From assembly GCA_964386615.1 (NCBI GenBank), contig CAYLSL010000003.1, positions 1-50,425 on the forward strand: a DNA stretch of 50,425 bases. The letters run 5' to 3'. The notes beneath the pieces were generated by a model, which saw only the letters and a list, made by a program, of their open reading frames with translations, ran no database searches and had not been told where the DNA came from. The position numbers and the translations under genes are program-made. The DNA comes from an uncultured Veillonellaceae bacterium (lineage in GTDB: Bacteria > Bacillota > Negativicutes > UBA1444). Numbering within the stretch: the first letter of the stretch is position 1; each line of letters starts with the position of its first letter. Shown here in pieces: positions 49,239-50,425 of the stretch.

Positions 49239-50223
49239 CTTCCTCCTCAGCTACAACCTGTGTAATCTGAACCGCAATACGATTGTTTGAACTCCCCGGT
49301 TTACATTTGAATTTCTGATGCTGCCCGATGATTACAGGCAGCTCTTCATTGACTCTGGCATCCAGCCGAACGACATCACCAATCGTCAAATCCAGCATTT
49401 CAGCTACCGTAACATTTATTCTCCCCAACTCCACCGTTAGTGGAACCAATGTGCGTTCGAGTTTTTTTTGCATTTGCGTCACGTTGGTTTTCGACCCGGC
49501 GCGAGCAATCGAAGATGCCACCCAAAATGAAGTGGTCAATTTCGGCATGATTGGTTCCAACACCAAATAGGGAATACAGAGGTTAATAAATCCTTCTGTC
49601 TGCGCAATTCGCGTTTGCAGCGTAATAATGACCACCATGTCATTGGGAGGAACAATCTGGGTGAATTGCGGGTTGCTTTCAATAACTTCCAGCCTTGGTT
49701 CGACATTGACAACCTGACGCCACGCTTCAGAAAGAGACTCCAACGCTTTGTTCACCAATCGGGCCACTATTGATTGCTCAATATCTGTCAATTCTCTCGG
49801 TTTTGCCGGTGGAGTACCAACACCGCCAAATAAACGGTCGATAATCGAGAAAACAATGGCAGGATTTATTTCCATCAGTGCATTACCCGACAGTGGACGC
49901 ATTTCAAAAATACTGATCACACTGGGGTTTGGCATCGAACGGATAAACTCTTCATAGGTCAACTGGTCAACCGACGCCACGCTGACTTGGACCATTGTAC
50001 GCAGATGGGCTGATAGATAAGTGTTTAACAGCCTGGCAAAATTCTCATGCAACATGTAGAGAGTGCGAATTTGATCTTTGGAAAATTTGTCAGGTCGTTT
50101 AAAGTCATATAACTTGATTTTTCTTTGTTTCTGTTCCTGCTTAATATTCTCGGCATTGACTACGCCGGTGGAAATCGCCGACAATAGTTCATCTATCTCA
50201 TTTTGGGAAAGAACATCAGCCAA
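49225..50223 (-). CDS. fliM: flagellar motor switch protein FliM
   Basis: 332 aa with TTG start after GGTGGTG. N-terminal LSQNEIDELL motif. Confidence 0.95.
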   Translation of the reverse strand: MADVLSQNEIDELLSAISTGVVNAENIKQEQKQRKIKLYDFKRPDKFSKDQIRTLYMLHENFARLLNTYLSAHLRTMVQVSVASVDQLTYEEFIRSMPNPSVISIFEMRPLSGNALMEINPAIVFSIIDRLFGGVGTPPAKPRELTDIEQSIVARLVNKALESLSEAWRQVVNVEPRLEVIESNPQFTQIVPPNDMVVIITLQTRIAQTEGFINLCIPYLVLEPIMPKLTTSFWVASSIARAGSKTNVTQMQKKLERTLVPLTVELGRINVTVAEMLDLTIGDVVRLDARVNEELPVIIGQHQKFKCKPGSSNNRIAVQITQVVAEEEDGHE

Positions 50224-50267
50224 CTGAAATCACCACCTTGCACAAACGGCTGTTCGCCGTAAAATCA

Positions 50268-50425
50268 TCACTGCAACAGAATATTGGTAATATATACTTC
50301 CATTACGGCTTCGCGTCCGACTACCCGATTCACTTCCTGTTTAATCAGTTCTTTCAGTCGTTCCTGTTTTTGCGGATCGTAGTCAGCTACACTTTGTGAC
50401 CGCAAAACATGCAACACCGCATCTT
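50268..50425 (-). CDS. fliL: flagellar basal-body protein FliL (C-terminal fragment; 5' end beyond the right edge)
   Basis: My minus-strand translation is ...DAVLHVLRSQSVADYDPQKQERLKELIKQEVNRVVGREAVMEVYITNILLQ*, a typical FliL C-terminus, directly upstream of fliM. Confidence 0.8.
   Translation of the reverse strand, partial: DAVLHVLRSQSVADYDPQKQERLKELIKQEVNRVVGREAVMEVYITNILLQ

Overview
All genes in this window lie on the minus strand: about 52 tightly packed, mostly translationally coupled core genes from a flagellated member of the Bacillota. Gene content and order look Clostridia- or Negativicutes-like. Reading along the minus strand (high to low coordinates) the blocks are:
- the distal half of a fla/che operon: fliL(partial)-fliM-fliY-cheY-fliO/Z-fliP-fliQ-fliR-flhB-flhA-flhF-flhG-cheB-cheA-cheW-cheC-cheD-sigD, then a FapA/DUF342 gene and two small Gln-rich genes
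- rpsB-tsf-pyrH-frr, a small ORF, a ferredoxin, then uppS-cdsA-dxr-rseP-ispG-proS-polC
- rimP-nusA-ylxR-ylxQ-infB-rbfA-nrnA-truB-ribF
- rpsO, pnp, an M16 peptidase and dut
- a lysine riboswitch driving dapB-asd-dapG-dapA, followed by dapF (runs off the left edge)

The order is nearly collinear with the B. subtilis sigD...polC...infB...pnpA...asd-dapG-dapA region.

I see no tRNA or rRNA genes, CRISPR arrays, IS elements, integrases, toxin-antitoxin pairs or defence-type genes, and no non-coding gap large enough to hide one. I therefore do not think this window holds a novel accessory system.

The observations most worth a second look are:
1. a PolC-type replicase that cleanly lacks the internal 3'-5' exonuclease domain
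2. a coupled small-ORF plus 2x[4Fe-4S] ferredoxin pair inserted between frr and uppS
3. the non-Bacillus tail of the fla/che operon (FapA, a 114-aa Gln-rich protein, and a membrane-anchored coiled-coil protein with an HTH-like C-terminus)
4. several start-codon oddities (flhB, cdsA, sigD)

All plus-strand ORFs in the track look like antisense artefacts.
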